A stretch of 64,000 nucleotides of DNA from Moraxella sp. (lineage in GTDB: Bacteria; Pseudomonadota; Gammaproteobacteria; Pseudomonadales; Moraxellaceae). The notes under the pieces are model-generated. The model did no database searches. It worked only from the letters and a program-made list of their open reading frames with translations, and was not told where the DNA came from. The stretch lies in contig JAUMYZ010000001.1 in the NCBI GenBank assembly GCA_030528385.1, positions 174,382 through 238,381 of the forward strand. Direction: 5' to 3'. Position numbers and translations under genes: made by a program. Positions 27,883 to 41,232 of the stretch are shown here, in pieces; position 1 is the stretch's first letter, and each line of letters starts with the position of its first letter.

Positions 27883-29364
27883 ATGCAAAACTTATTTTTA
27901 TCTTTGCTGTCGTATTTTGCTCCCATGGTGGTGGTGGCGTGTACAGCATTGGTGGTCATGCTTGCCATTGCTTATAAGCGTTCGCATTTCTGGTCGGCGA
28001 CATTGAGTGTGGTGGGTCTTAATCTCGCTTTGTTTTTGTTGGGTTTGCAGATTTTTGATGTCTGGAAAGTCGCCCCTATTGATAACCCAATGTTTGTCAT
28101 TGATGGCTTTGCCAAGTTTAATATGGCGGTGATATTGATAGGGGCATTGGCGTGCTGTACCTTGTCTTATGGTTATTTTGGCACATTAAAAGACAACAAA
28201 GACGAGCTGTATTTACTCATGCTCATCGCCACGCTTGGGGCACTTTTGATGACCACAGCGACGCATTTGGCAGCATTTTTTATGGCATTGGAGCTACTTT
28301 CTGTGCCAATGTATGGCATGCTGGCTTATACCTTTTTGCGTTCTCGTTCTTTGGAAGCGGGGCTAAAGTATCTGATTTTATCGGCGGCAGCTTCTGCCAC
28401 ACTACTGATGGGCATGGCGTTTATTTTTGCTGATACGGGCACACTCTCCTTTGGAGTGTTGTCAGACATTGTCTTTGCTCGCCAAAGTGTCTCACCGCTT
28501 TTGGCACTGGGCGGGGTAATGATGTTGGTAGCGATGGCGTTTAAATTGTCAGCTGCTCCGTTTCATTCGTGGGTGGCTGATGTTTATGCAGGGTCGCCTG
28601 CTCCGATTGCGGCATTTTTGGCAAGCGTGAGCAAGGTGGCAATGATGGCACTTGCCATTCGTTTTTTGGTGCAAAGTGCCGCTCCTATTCTGCCGTCGGT
28701 TGAAATGATGTTGATGGCGGTGATTGCATTGTCTATTTTGGTTGGTAACCTGTTGGCGATTGGTCAAAATAATTTAAAACGCCTATTTGCCTATTCGTCC
28801 ATCGCTCATATGGGTTATGCATTGGTGGCTTTGCTTAGCGTTGGTAAGGATAGTGGCGGCATTGTCAGCATGTATATGGCGATATATGCTCTGACATCAA
28901 TCGGAGCGTTTGGGGTGATTACCTTGATGTCAAGCCCCTACAAAGAGCGGGGTCATACGTCAGTTACCGGCGAAGCAGACGATTTGCGGTTTTATCAAGG
29001 ACTATTTTGGCGAAGACCCGTATTGACCGCCGTATTGACCATCATGCTGTTGTCTATGGCAGGCATTCCTTTAACCGCAGGTTTTATGACCAAATTTATC
29101 GTGATTTTTACGTCCGTGCAAGGCATGAGATTTTGGGCGGCGGGCATGATTATTTTGGGCAGTGCCATTGGTTTGTACTATTATCTAAGAGTTTTGGTGG
29201 CACTCTACCAAAAACCCAAAGTCAGTCTTGAATTTGACGTACATCAAGCATGGGGCGCCAAAGCAGGTGGCGTGATGGTGCTGTTTATTACCGCCATTGT
29301 GTTGGTGTTTGGGGTGTTGCCTGACGGTTTGCTCAAAGTGGCTGCTTTTGCCAACATGTACTAA
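27883..29364 (+). CDS. nuoN: NADH-quinone oxidoreductase subunit N
   Basis: Antiporter-like subunit (KRLFAYSSIAHMGY) in the last operon position. Confidence 0.95.
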   Translation: MQNLFLSLLSYFAPMVVVACTALVVMLAIAYKRSHFWSATLSVVGLNLALFLLGLQIFDVWKVAPIDNPMFVIDGFAKFNMAVILIGALACCTLSYGYFGTLKDNKDELYLLMLIATLGALLMTTATHLAAFFMALELLSVPMYGMLAYTFLRSRSLEAGLKYLILSAAASATLLMGMAFIFADTGTLSFGVLSDIVFARQSVSPLLALGGVMMLVAMAFKLSAAPFHSWVADVYAGSPAPIAAFLASVSKVAMMALAIRFLVQSAAPILPSVEMMLMAVIALSILVGNLLAIGQNNLKRLFAYSSIAHMGYALVALLSVGKDSGGIVSMYMAIYALTSIGAFGVITLMSSPYKERGHTSVTGEADDLRFYQGLFWRRPVLTAVLTIMLLSMAGIPLTAGFMTKFIVIFTSVQGMRFWAAGMIILGSAIGLYYYLRVLVALYQKPKVSLEFDVHQAWGAKAGGVMVLFITAIVLVFGVLPDGLLKVAAFANMY

Positions 29365-29367
29365 ATC

Positions 29368-29395
29368 AAGCACTTTCGGGTGCTTTTTGGTTTTG
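29368..29395 (+). terminator. Rho-independent terminator after nuoN
   Basis: AAGCAC-TTTCGG-GTGCTT hairpin followed by TTTTGGTTTTG, 4 nt after the nuoN stop. Confidence 0.6.
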
Positions 29396-29543
29396 TGGGT
29401 AATTTTGAGTGTCATCATCGTGCTTAAACGCAAAAATTTTGCTATTATAAGCTGGCAAAACATACGATGCTATCATAACCAATGCTTTCCCAATCTTGAT
29501 TTGGGTTTGTGATGGTTGGTTGTTTATTTAAAAAGGTTGTTGT

Positions 29544-30356
29544 ATGAGTGATAATCATGCCACGATGGTAACGGTCTTGCACAAAAAGGTTTGGTCGCCA
29601 ACCCTGTTTAGTTTTACGACCACACGCCCTGATGGTTTTCGCTTTGAAGCAGGTCAGTTTGTGCGACTGGGTGTTGCTCCTGATGAGCTAAAAGCCAATC
29701 AAAATGCCCCAAAAAATCCCATCAGCCCCAAGATTTTTCGGGCATATTCGGTGGTGTCATCGCCTTATGATGAGTGTTTGGAGTTTTTTTCTATTGTTGT
29801 GCCAGATGGGGCGTTTACCAGTCAGTTACAGCATTTGCAAGTGGGCGATACTTTGTATCTAAACCCAGAGCCATTTGGTTTTTTGACTTTGGTACGTTTT
29901 CAAGAGCCAGCCCCGCAGGATTTGTGGCTGCTTGCCACAGGCACAGGGCTTGCGCCATTTTTATCCATGCTGGCTGATATGGATACATGGCAAAACTATC
30001 GTGATATTGTGCTGGTGTACAGCACACGCACGCATGCAGAGCTGGCGTATGTGGACAAAATTGCTGATTTGCAAAATCAATTTGCTCAGCTCATAGACGC
30101 TCCAGCACGGTTGCATTTTGTGCCGATTGTTACTCGTGAACAAGTTGATGGCTGTTTGAATGAACGCATTCCTGTGCTGATTGATGGTGGCAAACTTGAA
30201 GCCCATGTGGGACTGACCTTAAATCCTGCCACATCACACGTCATGTTATGTGGCAATCCGCAAATGGTAGAAGACACAAAAAATTCTTTAAAAAACAAAG
30301 GATTAACTATGAATCGGCGTGGTGTGGGCAACATCGCTGTAGAAAACTACTGGTAA
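29544..30356 (+). CDS. fpr: Ferredoxin-NADP+ reductase (FNR/Fpr type)
   Basis: FAD-binding RAYSVVS, NAD(P)-binding LLATGTGLAPFLSML and C-terminal MLCGNPQM motifs as in E. coli Fpr. Confidence 0.85.
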   Translation: MSDNHATMVTVLHKKVWSPTLFSFTTTRPDGFRFEAGQFVRLGVAPDELKANQNAPKNPISPKIFRAYSVVSSPYDECLEFFSIVVPDGAFTSQLQHLQVGDTLYLNPEPFGFLTLVRFQEPAPQDLWLLATGTGLAPFLSMLADMDTWQNYRDIVLVYSTRTHAELAYVDKIADLQNQFAQLIDAPARLHFVPIVTREQVDGCLNERIPVLIDGGKLEAHVGLTLNPATSHVMLCGNPQMVEDTKNSLKNKGLTMNRRGVGNIAVENYW

Positions 30357-30371
30357 CAAAAGGAGCAAACC

Positions 30372-30989
30372 ATGCAAAATCACTGTGCTTTGTTGGTGAT
30401 TGATGTCCAAAATGGCTTTATTGATGGCAACTTGGCGGTGGCAAATTCTGTGCAAATCATTCCTGTGATAAATCGGCTGATTGCCAAATTTGACAATGTT
30501 ATTCTTAGCCAAGATTATCACCCCGCTGAGCACATTTCTTTTTATCAAAATCACGCGCACAAAAACCCATTTGACACCATAGAACTGGCTTATGGTGAAC
30601 AGGTGCTGTGGAACAGCCACTGCGTGCAAGGAACGACTGACGCCGATTTTCATGCCGATTTGCAGGCAACCAAAGCCCAGCTGATTATCCGCAAAGGCTA
30701 TCATGCCCATATTGACAGTTATTCGGCGTTTATGGAAGCTGACCGACAAACCATGACAGGCTTGGCAGGTTATCTTAAAGAGCGCGGCATTAAAAAGGTC
30801 TATGTGGTGGGCATTGCCACCGATTTTTGTGTGGCATGGACAGCCATAGATGCGGTCAATTTGGGTTTTGAATGTGTGGTGATTATGGACGCAACCGCCG
30901 CCATTGACATTGATGGTTCGCTGAGTAAAGCCAAAGCGGACATGCAGCAAGTAGGCGTTGTCTTTGCCAGTTCTGAAGATTTTTTATAG
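30372..30989 (+). CDS. pncA: Nicotinamidase/pyrazinamidase (isochorismatase family)
   Basis: VIDVQNGF (catalytic Asp), the Cys-containing GIATDFCVAWTAIDA motif and the cis-peptide region. A strong AAGGAG Shine-Dalgarno is present. Confidence 0.8.
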   Translation: MQNHCALLVIDVQNGFIDGNLAVANSVQIIPVINRLIAKFDNVILSQDYHPAEHISFYQNHAHKNPFDTIELAYGEQVLWNSHCVQGTTDADFHADLQATKAQLIIRKGYHAHIDSYSAFMEADRQTMTGLAGYLKERGIKKVYVVGIATDFCVAWTAIDAVNLGFECVVIMDATAAIDIDGSLSKAKADMQQVGVVFASSEDFL

Positions 30990-31036
30990 GTTTTTCAAAT
31001 GGTTATAGACATTTTTATTTTTTGACAAAAAAACTC

Positions 31037-31064
31037 TTGCCAAAACAAGAAAAATGTATATAAT
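31037..31064 (+). promoter_or_regulatory. Sigma70-type promoter for tRNA-Leu
   Basis: TTGCCA (-35), 16 nt spacer, TATAAT (-10), ending about 35 nt upstream of the tRNA 5' end. Confidence 0.45.
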
Positions 31065-31098
31065 ACGCACCATCAAGACGAGATGTCTTAATAAATCT

Positions 31099-31183
31099 GG
31101 GGTTGTGGCGAAATTGGTAGACGCACTGGATTTAGGTTCCAGCGGGGCGACCCGTGAGAGTTCGAGTCTCTCCAACCCCACCA
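31099..31183 (+). tRNA. tRNA-Leu (anticodon TAG), 85 nt, with genomically encoded CCA
   Basis: Manual fold: 7 bp acceptor stem GGGGTTG/CAACCCC, D-arm, anticodon stem CTGGA/TCCAG with loop TTTAGGT (anticodon TAG), long variable arm typical of Leu, T-arm GTTCGAGTC, 3' ACCA. Confidence 0.9.
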
Positions 31184-31191
31184 TATTAAAG

Positions 31192-31220
31192 ACCTGCTAT
31201 TATGGCAGGTTTTTTTATTT
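31192..31220 (+). terminator. Rho-independent terminator after tRNA-Leu
   Basis: ACCTGC-TATTATG-GCAGGT hairpin followed by TTTTTTATTT. Confidence 0.6.
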
Positions 31221-31251
31221 GCCGTTTGCCCAGCCATCATTGAGACAGCCA

Positions 31252-32748
31252 ATGACCGTACACACTTTTAATCCTAAGGCGACAGCCGAGCCATACCACC
31301 ACAAAGCCAATCACAACCAAAACCGAAATATTGAGCAAAGTCAAGCATTTGCCAAGGTGGCGTTGTCTGCCAAAGCACCAAAAGTGGGCTTTGTGTCGTT
31401 AGGGTGTCCCAAGGCACTGGTGGACAGTGAGCGTATCATCACCGAGCTGACTCGCGAAGGCTATCAGGTTGCCAAAGATTATGATGGGGCAGATTTGGTG
31501 GTGGTCAATACTTGTGGATTTATTGAATCTGCGGTGCAAGAGAGTTTGGACGCCATCGGTGAAGCGATTAGCAAAAACGGCAAAGTCATTGTTACTGGCT
31601 GTTTGGGCAAAGATGCCGATAAAATTCGCAGCATGCACCCTGCGGTACTTGCTGTTACAGGGGCTCATGCCTATGATGAAGTGGTCAAGGCGGTTGTGCA
31701 CCATGTACCAAAACCGACTAAGCCTAAGACTTACGACCCCAAAATTGATCTTATCAATGACGCGGGCATTAAACTGACGCCCAGCCATTATGCCTATGTC
31801 AAAATCTCTGAAGGCTGTAATCATCGCTGCACCTTTTGTATCATTCCGTCTTTGCGTGGGGATTTGGTGTCTCGCACCATTGACAGTGTGATGAATGAAG
31901 CACTGGCACTTAAAAAAGCAGGTGTAAAAGAGTTGCTTATTATTTCTCAAGATACGTCCGCCTATGGGCTGGATTTAAAATACAAAATGAGCTTTTGGCA
32001 AGGTCAGCCACTTAAAGCTAAATTTTTTGATATGTGCCAAGCCCTTGCAAAATTGGGGATTTGGGTGCGATTGCATTATGTTTATCCTTATCCGCACGTA
32101 GATAGCGTGGTACAAATCATGGCAGACAGCATGCAACTCAGCGGTGGCAAGGGCGGACTTTTGCCGTATCTTGACATTCCTTTTCAGCACGCCAGCCCCA
32201 ACGTATTAAAGGCGATGAAACGTCCTGCCCACAGTGAAAACACCTTGGAGCGTATCGCCAAATGGCGAGAAATTTGTCCTGACATTGCCATTCGTTCTAC
32301 CTTTGTGGTGGGTTTTCCGGGGGAGACGGACGAAGATTTTGAGTATTTGCTTGATTGGCTTAAACAAGCACGTCTTGACCGTGTGGGCTGTTTTACCTAT
32401 TCAGAAGTGGCAGGGGCGGCTGCCAACGAGTTGCCAAATCCTGTGCCAGAACACATTAAACAAGCCCGTTATGAGCGATTTATGGCACTTGCCCAACAAA
32501 TCAGCAGCCAAAAACTTCAAGAAAAGGTCGGCAAAACTTTGGTGGTGCTCGTTGATGAGATTGATACGGACGAAAACATCGCCATTTGTCGCAGTCATGC
32601 CGACGCGCCCGAGATTGATGGGCATGTGTATGTGGATAATATTGACCAAACGGTCAAAGCGGGGCAGTTTTTGACGGTTGTTATTGATGAAGCCAGTGAG
32701 TACGACTTGTTTGCCAACTTTGCTTCTTGTGTGGGCATTGGTGCTTGA
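31252..32748 (+). CDS. rimO: Ribosomal protein S12 methylthiotransferase RimO (radical SAM; MTTase N-terminal plus TRAM)
   Basis: Collinear with E. coli RimO ([19 protein letters not shown]...; radical-SAM [11 protein letters not shown]; C-terminal TRAM). The ORF-track start at 31054 runs through the tRNA and its terminator, so the start is set at the first ATG after the terminator. A GTG at 31357 is an alternative giving the E. coli-like length. Confidence 0.85.
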   Translation: MTVHTFNPKATAEPYHHKANHNQNRNIEQSQAFAKVALSAKAPKVGFVSLGCPKALVDSERIITELTREGYQVAKDYDGADLVVVNTCGFIESAVQESLDAIGEAISKNGKVIVTGCLGKDADKIRSMHPAVLAVTGAHAYDEVVKAVVHHVPKPTKPKTYDPKIDLINDAGIKLTPSHYAYVKISEGCNHRCTFCIIPSLRGDLVSRTIDSVMNEALALKKAGVKELLIISQDTSAYGLDLKYKMSFWQGQPLKAKFFDMCQALAKLGIWVRLHYVYPYPHVDSVVQIMADSMQLSGGKGGLLPYLDIPFQHASPNVLKAMKRPAHSENTLERIAKWREICPDIAIRSTFVVGFPGETDEDFEYLLDWLKQARLDRVGCFTYSEVAGAAANELPNPVPEHIKQARYERFMALAQQISSQKLQEKVGKTLVVLVDEIDTDENIAICRSHADAPEIDGHVYVDNIDQTVKAGQFLTVVIDEASEYDLFANFASCVGIGA

Positions 32749-32950
32749 TGTTGCTTTGGCTGTCGGTGATTGCTTGTTTTTTTATTGGGTGTGTGCGGTT
32801 ATTTTTGGTTGATATTTGGGGGTCTGTGGCGCGCTTTGTTATTTTAGGTAATGTTTATTTGGGGTAATGTAGGATGGCTTGTGCTGATAAATATTGTTGG
32901 TTACAATGCCGTTTGTTGAACATTGATTACGTAAATATCAAAGGTGAACC

Positions 32951-33244
32951 ATGAAAAAGTTACTTGGCATGTCTGCGTTGATGGTGGTGGTGTTGCCCAG
33001 TATTGTCCAAGCAAATGATGTGCGCTTAGAAAGGGCAATCTACGCAGACCCCGCTTATCAAAGCAATGTTGATAAAGCCCGCCTTGAATTACAAAATCGC
33101 GGTTATCAAATCAGAAAAATTGAAGCAGACGAACATCAAGGCAAAAAAACCTTAGAAGTTAAAGCCGCAAAAAATGGTTCGGCGTATGACATTCGTTTGG
33201 ATTATCCTTCTTTAAAAATCATCAGTGAAAAGCGAGACAACTAA
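32951..33244 (+). CDS. Small secreted PepSY-domain-like protein
   Basis: Signal peptide plus about 75 aa with a PepSY-like pattern (LELQNRGYQIRKIEADEHQGKKTLEVKAAKNGSAYDIRLDY). Confidence 0.55.
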   Translation: MKKLLGMSALMVVVLPSIVQANDVRLERAIYADPAYQSNVDKARLELQNRGYQIRKIEADEHQGKKTLEVKAAKNGSAYDIRLDYPSLKIISEKRDN

Positions 33245-33417
33245 TCTAAAGAATGTGCTTTTTGCTGACAGATACGTGTTGGGCTTGGCGTTACCGAGCC
33301 TTTATTTTTTGGATGTCATCTAAATAAAATCAAGCAGTTAAATGTCAAGGGCAAAAAAAGCCAGCCACCCCCTGTATTTTTTATCCAAAGTTTAGTAAAA
33401 TTCGGTTTTACCAGTAA

Positions 33418-35064
<1,647 letters not shown>

Positions 35065-35221
35065 GACGAGCAATGACGATAAATGGGGCGGTTTTCGCCC
35101 TATTTGTCCATTAAAATCAGCAAAAAGGAAGCCAGATGAGTTGAATAAAGTCAAATAGCAAGACAAGTTTTATTGGATAACAAACTCACCATCATTAATC
35201 CCTTTTTATAAGGACAAAGCC

Positions 35222-36076
35222 ATGACCCTAACTGCCAAATCCACCCTTGAAATCGGCAACATCAAAATTGCCAACGACTTGCCCTTTGTTTTATTTGGGG
35301 GTATGAATGTTTTGGAAAGCAAAGAATTGGCATTTGAGATTGCCGAAAGTTATATTGATATTTGCCAGCGTTTAAATATTGGCTATGTTTTTAAAGCCAG
35401 CTTTGACAAGGCGAACCGTTCAAGTTTACATTCGTTTCGCGGGCCTAGCCTTGAAACAGGATTGACGTGGCTCAATGACATCAAAGAAAAATACGGCGTG
35501 CCAATCATCACCGATGTCCACGAACCTTATCAGGCAGCGTATGTGGCAAAGGTGGCAGACGTGTTGCAATTGCCAGCGTTTTTAAGTCGTCAGACCGATT
35601 TGGTCAGTGCCATCGCTCACACAGGGGCGGTGATTAACATCAAAAAAGCTCAGTTTCTTGCTCCGCATGAGATGCGTCATATCATCAATAAATGCCTAGA
35701 AGCGGGCAACAATAAAGTGATACTCTGTGAACGCGGCTCATGTTTTGGCTATAATAATTTGGTGGTGGACATGCTCGCGTTTGACACCATGAAAGCGATG
35801 AATGTGCCGGTGTTTTTTGATGTAACGCACGCCTTACAAGAGCCAGGGGCAAGGGCGGACAGTGCAGGCGGTCGCCGTCATCAAATTACCACTTTGGCAC
35901 GAGCAGGCATGGCAACAGGGCTGGCAGGGCTGTTTTTAGAAGCGCACCCTGACCCTGATAAAGCCAAATGCGATGGTCCTTGTGCGTTAAGATTGTCGCA
36001 ATTAGAGCCGTTTTTGACACAACTAAAAGCCTTGGATGCTTTGGTTAAGGACTTTGAGACGCTAGATACGCATTGA
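35222..36076 (+). CDS. kdsA: 3-deoxy-8-phosphooctulonate synthase
   Basis: Full-length KdsA pattern ([29 protein letters not shown]). Confidence 0.9.
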   Translation: MTLTAKSTLEIGNIKIANDLPFVLFGGMNVLESKELAFEIAESYIDICQRLNIGYVFKASFDKANRSSLHSFRGPSLETGLTWLNDIKEKYGVPIITDVHEPYQAAYVAKVADVLQLPAFLSRQTDLVSAIAHTGAVINIKKAQFLAPHEMRHIINKCLEAGNNKVILCERGSCFGYNNLVVDMLAFDTMKAMNVPVFFDVTHALQEPGARADSAGGRRHQITTLARAGMATGLAGLFLEAHPDPDKAKCDGPCALRLSQLEPFLTQLKALDALVKDFETLDTH

Positions 36077-36208
36077 TTTTAATTGGAAAAATCATTGGCT
36101 TTCTCTTGGTTGTCTTTTGGTTTTGCAATAAAATGCCATCATTTTTATTGTAAATAATGCGCCATTTCGCCAAAATTTTTGTTAAAATAATTGCCACTTT
36201 AACCTTGA

Positions 36209-37543
<1,335 letters not shown>

Positions 37544-37544
37544 C

Positions 37545-37976
37545 GTGAAAAAAACACCGCCACAGTCTTTGCCAAAGCACAAAGTTTCTGCCCGCGTGTT
37601 GGGTTATTTGTTGTTGATTGCCTTTGGTGTGGTGGTGTTGACTGTTTTGCAGTATCAATATTGGTATGGTGAGTTTGGTTATCATGCCTTGTCCAAATTA
37701 AATAACGAACTTAGTGAGCAGCAGCGTCTCAATGCCAAACAACAAGCGGCCAATGACGCACTAAGAGCCGATGTTCATGATTTAAAAACAAAATTGGTCG
37801 CAGTAGAAGCGCACGCACGCACGGATTTGGGCTTGATTAAACCAGGTGAAACTTTTGTGCGCTTGTCCACATCGCCTGTGATTTATGACAAAGCGCCCAG
37901 CACAACCAATCCAGACGATGTTATTGAGCCCAGCGAAGGGTTTGAGTTAAACACCGCTGGCGATGGCGCGCCCTAA
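37545..37976 (+). CDS. ftsB: Cell-division protein FtsB (septum formation initiator)
   Basis: Single N-terminal TM segment followed by a coiled coil and PGETFVRL, as in E. coli FtsB (PGETFYRL). The start is uncertain: candidate GTG codons lie at 37515, 37536 and 37545, with no in-frame ATG before the TM segment. I chose the first one after the eno stop. Confidence 0.6.
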   Translation: MKKTPPQSLPKHKVSARVLGYLLLIAFGVVVLTVLQYQYWYGEFGYHALSKLNNELSEQQRLNAKQQAANDALRADVHDLKTKLVAVEAHARTDLGLIKPGETFVRLSTSPVIYDKAPSTTNPDDVIEPSEGFELNTAGDGAP

Positions 37977-37988
37977 GGAAATTGAGTT

Positions 37989-38687
37989 ATGTTGCATGAT
38001 GTGCATGCGTTGTTGGTGGCGGCAGGCAACGGTTCGCGTTTTGGTGCACAAACGCCCAAACAATATCTAAAAGTGGCAGGCAAAACCGTGTTGGAACACA
38101 GCATAGACAGGTTGATGTTGTCACAAATCTCTGATGTAACTGTGGTATTGGCTGATGGCGATGACGTTGCCAAAGGGTTGAGCGTTGCTGACAAACCAGT
38201 GTTTTTTGCGGTGGGCGGCTCAGAGCGTTTTTTGTCGGTACGGTCTGGCATTCTTGCCATCAGGCAGCGCGGCGCCAAAGACGACGATTGGGTGCTGATA
38301 CATGACGCTGCCAGACCTTGTGTGCCCACATCAGACGTGCAGCGTTTGCTTGATGTGGCATGCCAGCTAAAAAAAGAAGCGGGCGCGATTTTGGCAACGC
38401 CTGTGGCGGATACCCTAAAATTGGTTGATGGTGATGACATCAAACAAACCGTCAGTCGTCAGCATTTGTGGCAGGCGCAAACACCACAAATATTTCGTTT
38501 GGCGGACTTGGAGAGTATGTTTGCTGCCGTGCTAAAAAAACAAGTTGTCATCACCGATGAAGCCAGCGGTTTTGAGCTGCTGGGAAAAGCTGTCAAAGTG
38601 GTGTCAGGCTCAAAATTAAACCTAAAACTCACCTATCCTGAAGATTTGGCAATGATTGGGCTGATACTGGCTCAGATGGACAACTGA
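37989..38687 (+). CDS. ispD: 2-C-methyl-D-erythritol 4-phosphate cytidylyltransferase
   Basis: ALLVAAGNGSRFG and IHDAARPCV motifs. Confidence 0.9.
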   Translation: MLHDVHALLVAAGNGSRFGAQTPKQYLKVAGKTVLEHSIDRLMLSQISDVTVVLADGDDVAKGLSVADKPVFFAVGGSERFLSVRSGILAIRQRGAKDDDWVLIHDAARPCVPTSDVQRLLDVACQLKKEAGAILATPVADTLKLVDGDDIKQTVSRQHLWQAQTPQIFRLADLESMFAAVLKKQVVITDEASGFELLGKAVKVVSGSKLNLKLTYPEDLAMIGLILAQMDN

Positions 38688-38688
38688 C

Positions 38689-41163
38689 ATGTTTTGGTTT
38701 TTGGTTGTGGCGGTGGTTGCTGTCGTCATTGCTGTGCTGGACGTGCTTCCACAATCTGGGTTTATTTTGGCTGAATTTTGGACAAAAGACAGCGTATTTT
38801 ATGTGATGAGCATGCTCTTGTTGGGGTGTGCTTTTTTGTACCAAAAATTTTGTTCTGTGGCACAAAGTCTGCGGTGGTTGGGGCGCAGTTTGTCTTTGAT
38901 TTTTGCGCTGTTGATGGGTACTTTGTTGTTGGGGCTGTTTGTCTTACGAGCAATAACAACGTATACACAATTTGAAAACAATGTGCCACAAACAAGCCAC
39001 ACAATCCAAGCAACCGTCAGCGTTGATGAAATCAGCGACAGCGTTTATGACAAAATACTGACCACAGACCATCGTCAAAAGGCCGTCATCAGCGACATTA
39101 AATTGGTGGAAAACAGCCATAAATATGCCGACAACGCCAAAACAATTGCCAATCCTTTTGGCATTGCTGCGTCTGATGTTCCAAACGTGCAGTTGCCACC
39201 AACGATGACGGTGCTGTTGACGGCATCGGCAAAGTCCAAACAAGATTTGTCCATCTTACAAAAGCTCACGCCAAATACCCGCGTAACAATGACTTTGGTG
39301 ATTAGTGCCATCAAAAAAGACCAAGCGGCAGGGGGTTTTGATGGCTATCGCTGGTTGCGCACCCGCCATATTCATGCCAACGCCAAAATCATTTCTGTTG
39401 ATGGTCCCATCAGCACCGAGCATAATGCTGGTATTTTGGTCGGTTTACAAACGCTAAGACAAAGGGTGCGTGAGCATTTTTATCAAGATTGGCACGATTT
39501 GACCGATGAAGCGCGCCAAGCCAAAGCGGTGAGCTTGAGTTTGCTGACGGGCGACCGTGCGCTGATTGCTTCAGATACCAAGCGGCTGTATCAGTTTGCA
39601 GGCATTTCGCATTTATTGGCAATTTCTGGCAGTCATGTGGTGTTTTTGGCGGTGATATTGGCGTATCTGACCACTTATTTGAGCGACCGCAAACCTTCTT
39701 TGTATCACTATGTCTCTAGGACAGCGCTCAGACTGTGGGTAATGCTTGTTGTTGCTGCCTTGTACGCTTTGTTTACAGGGTTTGATGTACCAGCTGTGCG
39801 TACAGTGTATATGCTTTTGGCGTTTGTTGTTGTGCGTCAGTTGGCATTGCCCATCAGCAATTTGATGGTTTTGGCGATTGTGGCTTTGGTGATGATTTGG
39901 CTTGACCCTTTTGTGGTGTGGCAGGCGGGATTTTATTTGTCTTTTGTGGCGGTGCTTTTGCTGATGCGTTATGATGTGCAGCTTTCATCAAGCGCGTTGT
40001 CCATGTCCAATAAAGCGTTGGCACTGCTCAAACTGCAAAGCTGGTTATTTGTGGCGATGTTGCCAATTTCTGTTTGGATTTTTGGCAAGGTGTCTTTGTG
40101 GGGTTTGCTGGTCAATTTATTTGCCGTTGGGTTGTTTGGCATGGTGATTGTGCCATTAAATTTGTTGGCGGGTGTGGCATTTGTTGTCATGCCATTTGTC
40201 GCCGATGTTTTGTGGGGCTTGTCTGCTGGCATTTTGTGGGCGTTGCATCAGGTGTTGGTGTGGCTAAGTGGCTTGGGCGGCGATGTTTGGCTGTATAACA
40301 CCACAGGATTTTTGGGCGTGGTTTTGGGAGTGATGGCGGTGTTGCCATTTGCTTTGCCGATACTGACAAAAAGGTTTGCCCTAATGCCAATGCTGGTGTG
40401 TGTATTTTTGTTGGGCGTGCCAAAACATGCTTTGTTGATTGATGTATTAACTGGCGACGATAACACAAGTCAAGTGTTGTTTCGCCAAGCGGATGCTGAC
40501 CCCCAGAGCGTCAATGTGCAGGCAAATTGGCTGGTGCTAAGTGATTTTGGCAGTCGCATGATGCCTGAGAGATTTGCCGATGTGTTGGTGGACAATCTTA
40601 AAAAACACCGCGTCAATCATTTGACAGGCGTGGTGGTGCAAACGCCCAGTCCTTTTTTGGCACAGGTCTTAACCAAGGTCAATCAACGCATTCCGATTTA
40701 TCATTATTGGCAGGCGGGCAAAAGCACTGACGATTTGGTGTCTTTGCCGTGTGTTGCGGGCAGGACTTGGCAGGGCAGTGGGCTAAGCGTTACAGCCATC
40801 ACAGGTTGGGCACAAATTGCCGATGGTGATGTTTGGGGTTGTGCGTTGGTGTTTGACAGTGAATATGCGCCTGCGGTACACAATGCCATCGGTGGTGTGG
40901 ACAAAAAGTTTGTTGCAAACACGCAAACCAACCAAAGCCATCGCGTGATGGTTGGTGCCATTCATCACCAAAAAACGTGGGAAATGTATGAGCTGATGTG
41001 TCGTGTGCCAATCAACACCGATGTGTGGCTGACACACACCAAAAGCCCGTTGCACGCGCCTGTATTGACCCAATTTGCCCCAAAGATTGTGTTGTTTACG
41101 GACAAAGACAGTGGTCAAAGCCGACAAAAGGCAGAACAAATCGTGGCAGGATTGTCATTTTAG
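38689..41163 (+). CDS. comEC: DNA internalization-related competence protein ComEC/Rec2
   Basis: Polytopic membrane protein with the competence-domain signature (LLTGDRALIASDTKRLYQFAGISHLLAISGSHVVFLAVIL) and a C-terminal beta-lactamase-like region. Confidence 0.85.
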   Translation: MFWFLVVAVVAVVIAVLDVLPQSGFILAEFWTKDSVFYVMSMLLLGCAFLYQKFCSVAQSLRWLGRSLSLIFALLMGTLLLGLFVLRAITTYTQFENNVPQTSHTIQATVSVDEISDSVYDKILTTDHRQKAVISDIKLVENSHKYADNAKTIANPFGIAASDVPNVQLPPTMTVLLTASAKSKQDLSILQKLTPNTRVTMTLVISAIKKDQAAGGFDGYRWLRTRHIHANAKIISVDGPISTEHNAGILVGLQTLRQRVREHFYQDWHDLTDEARQAKAVSLSLLTGDRALIASDTKRLYQFAGISHLLAISGSHVVFLAVILAYLTTYLSDRKPSLYHYVSRTALRLWVMLVVAALYALFTGFDVPAVRTVYMLLAFVVVRQLALPISNLMVLAIVALVMIWLDPFVVWQAGFYLSFVAVLLLMRYDVQLSSSALSMSNKALALLKLQSWLFVAMLPISVWIFGKVSLWGLLVNLFAVGLFGMVIVPLNLLAGVAFVVMPFVADVLWGLSAGILWALHQVLVWLSGLGGDVWLYNTTGFLGVVLGVMAVLPFALPILTKRFALMPMLVCVFLLGVPKHALLIDVLTGDDNTSQVLFRQADADPQSVNVQANWLVLSDFGSRMMPERFADVLVDNLKKHRVNHLTGVVVQTPSPFLAQVLTKVNQRIPIYHYWQAGKSTDDLVSLPCVAGRTWQGSGLSVTAITGWAQIADGDVWGCALVFDSEYAPAVHNAIGGVDKKFVANTQTNQSHRVMVGAIHHQKTWEMYELMCRVPINTDVWLTHTKSPLHAPVLTQFAPKIVLFTDKDSGQSRQKAEQIVAGLSF

Positions 41164-41232
41164 CTAAAGTGTTTTCTACCATCTTGATGATTTTTAGGGT
41201 AAAATAGGCATTTTTTGACAGGTAGTATATTT

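Noticed and set aside
31054-31251. N-terminal 66 codons of the longest rimO ORF
   Set aside because: This stretch runs straight through tRNA-Leu and its rho-independent terminator, so the real rimO start must lie downstream, at 31252 or the GTG at 31357.
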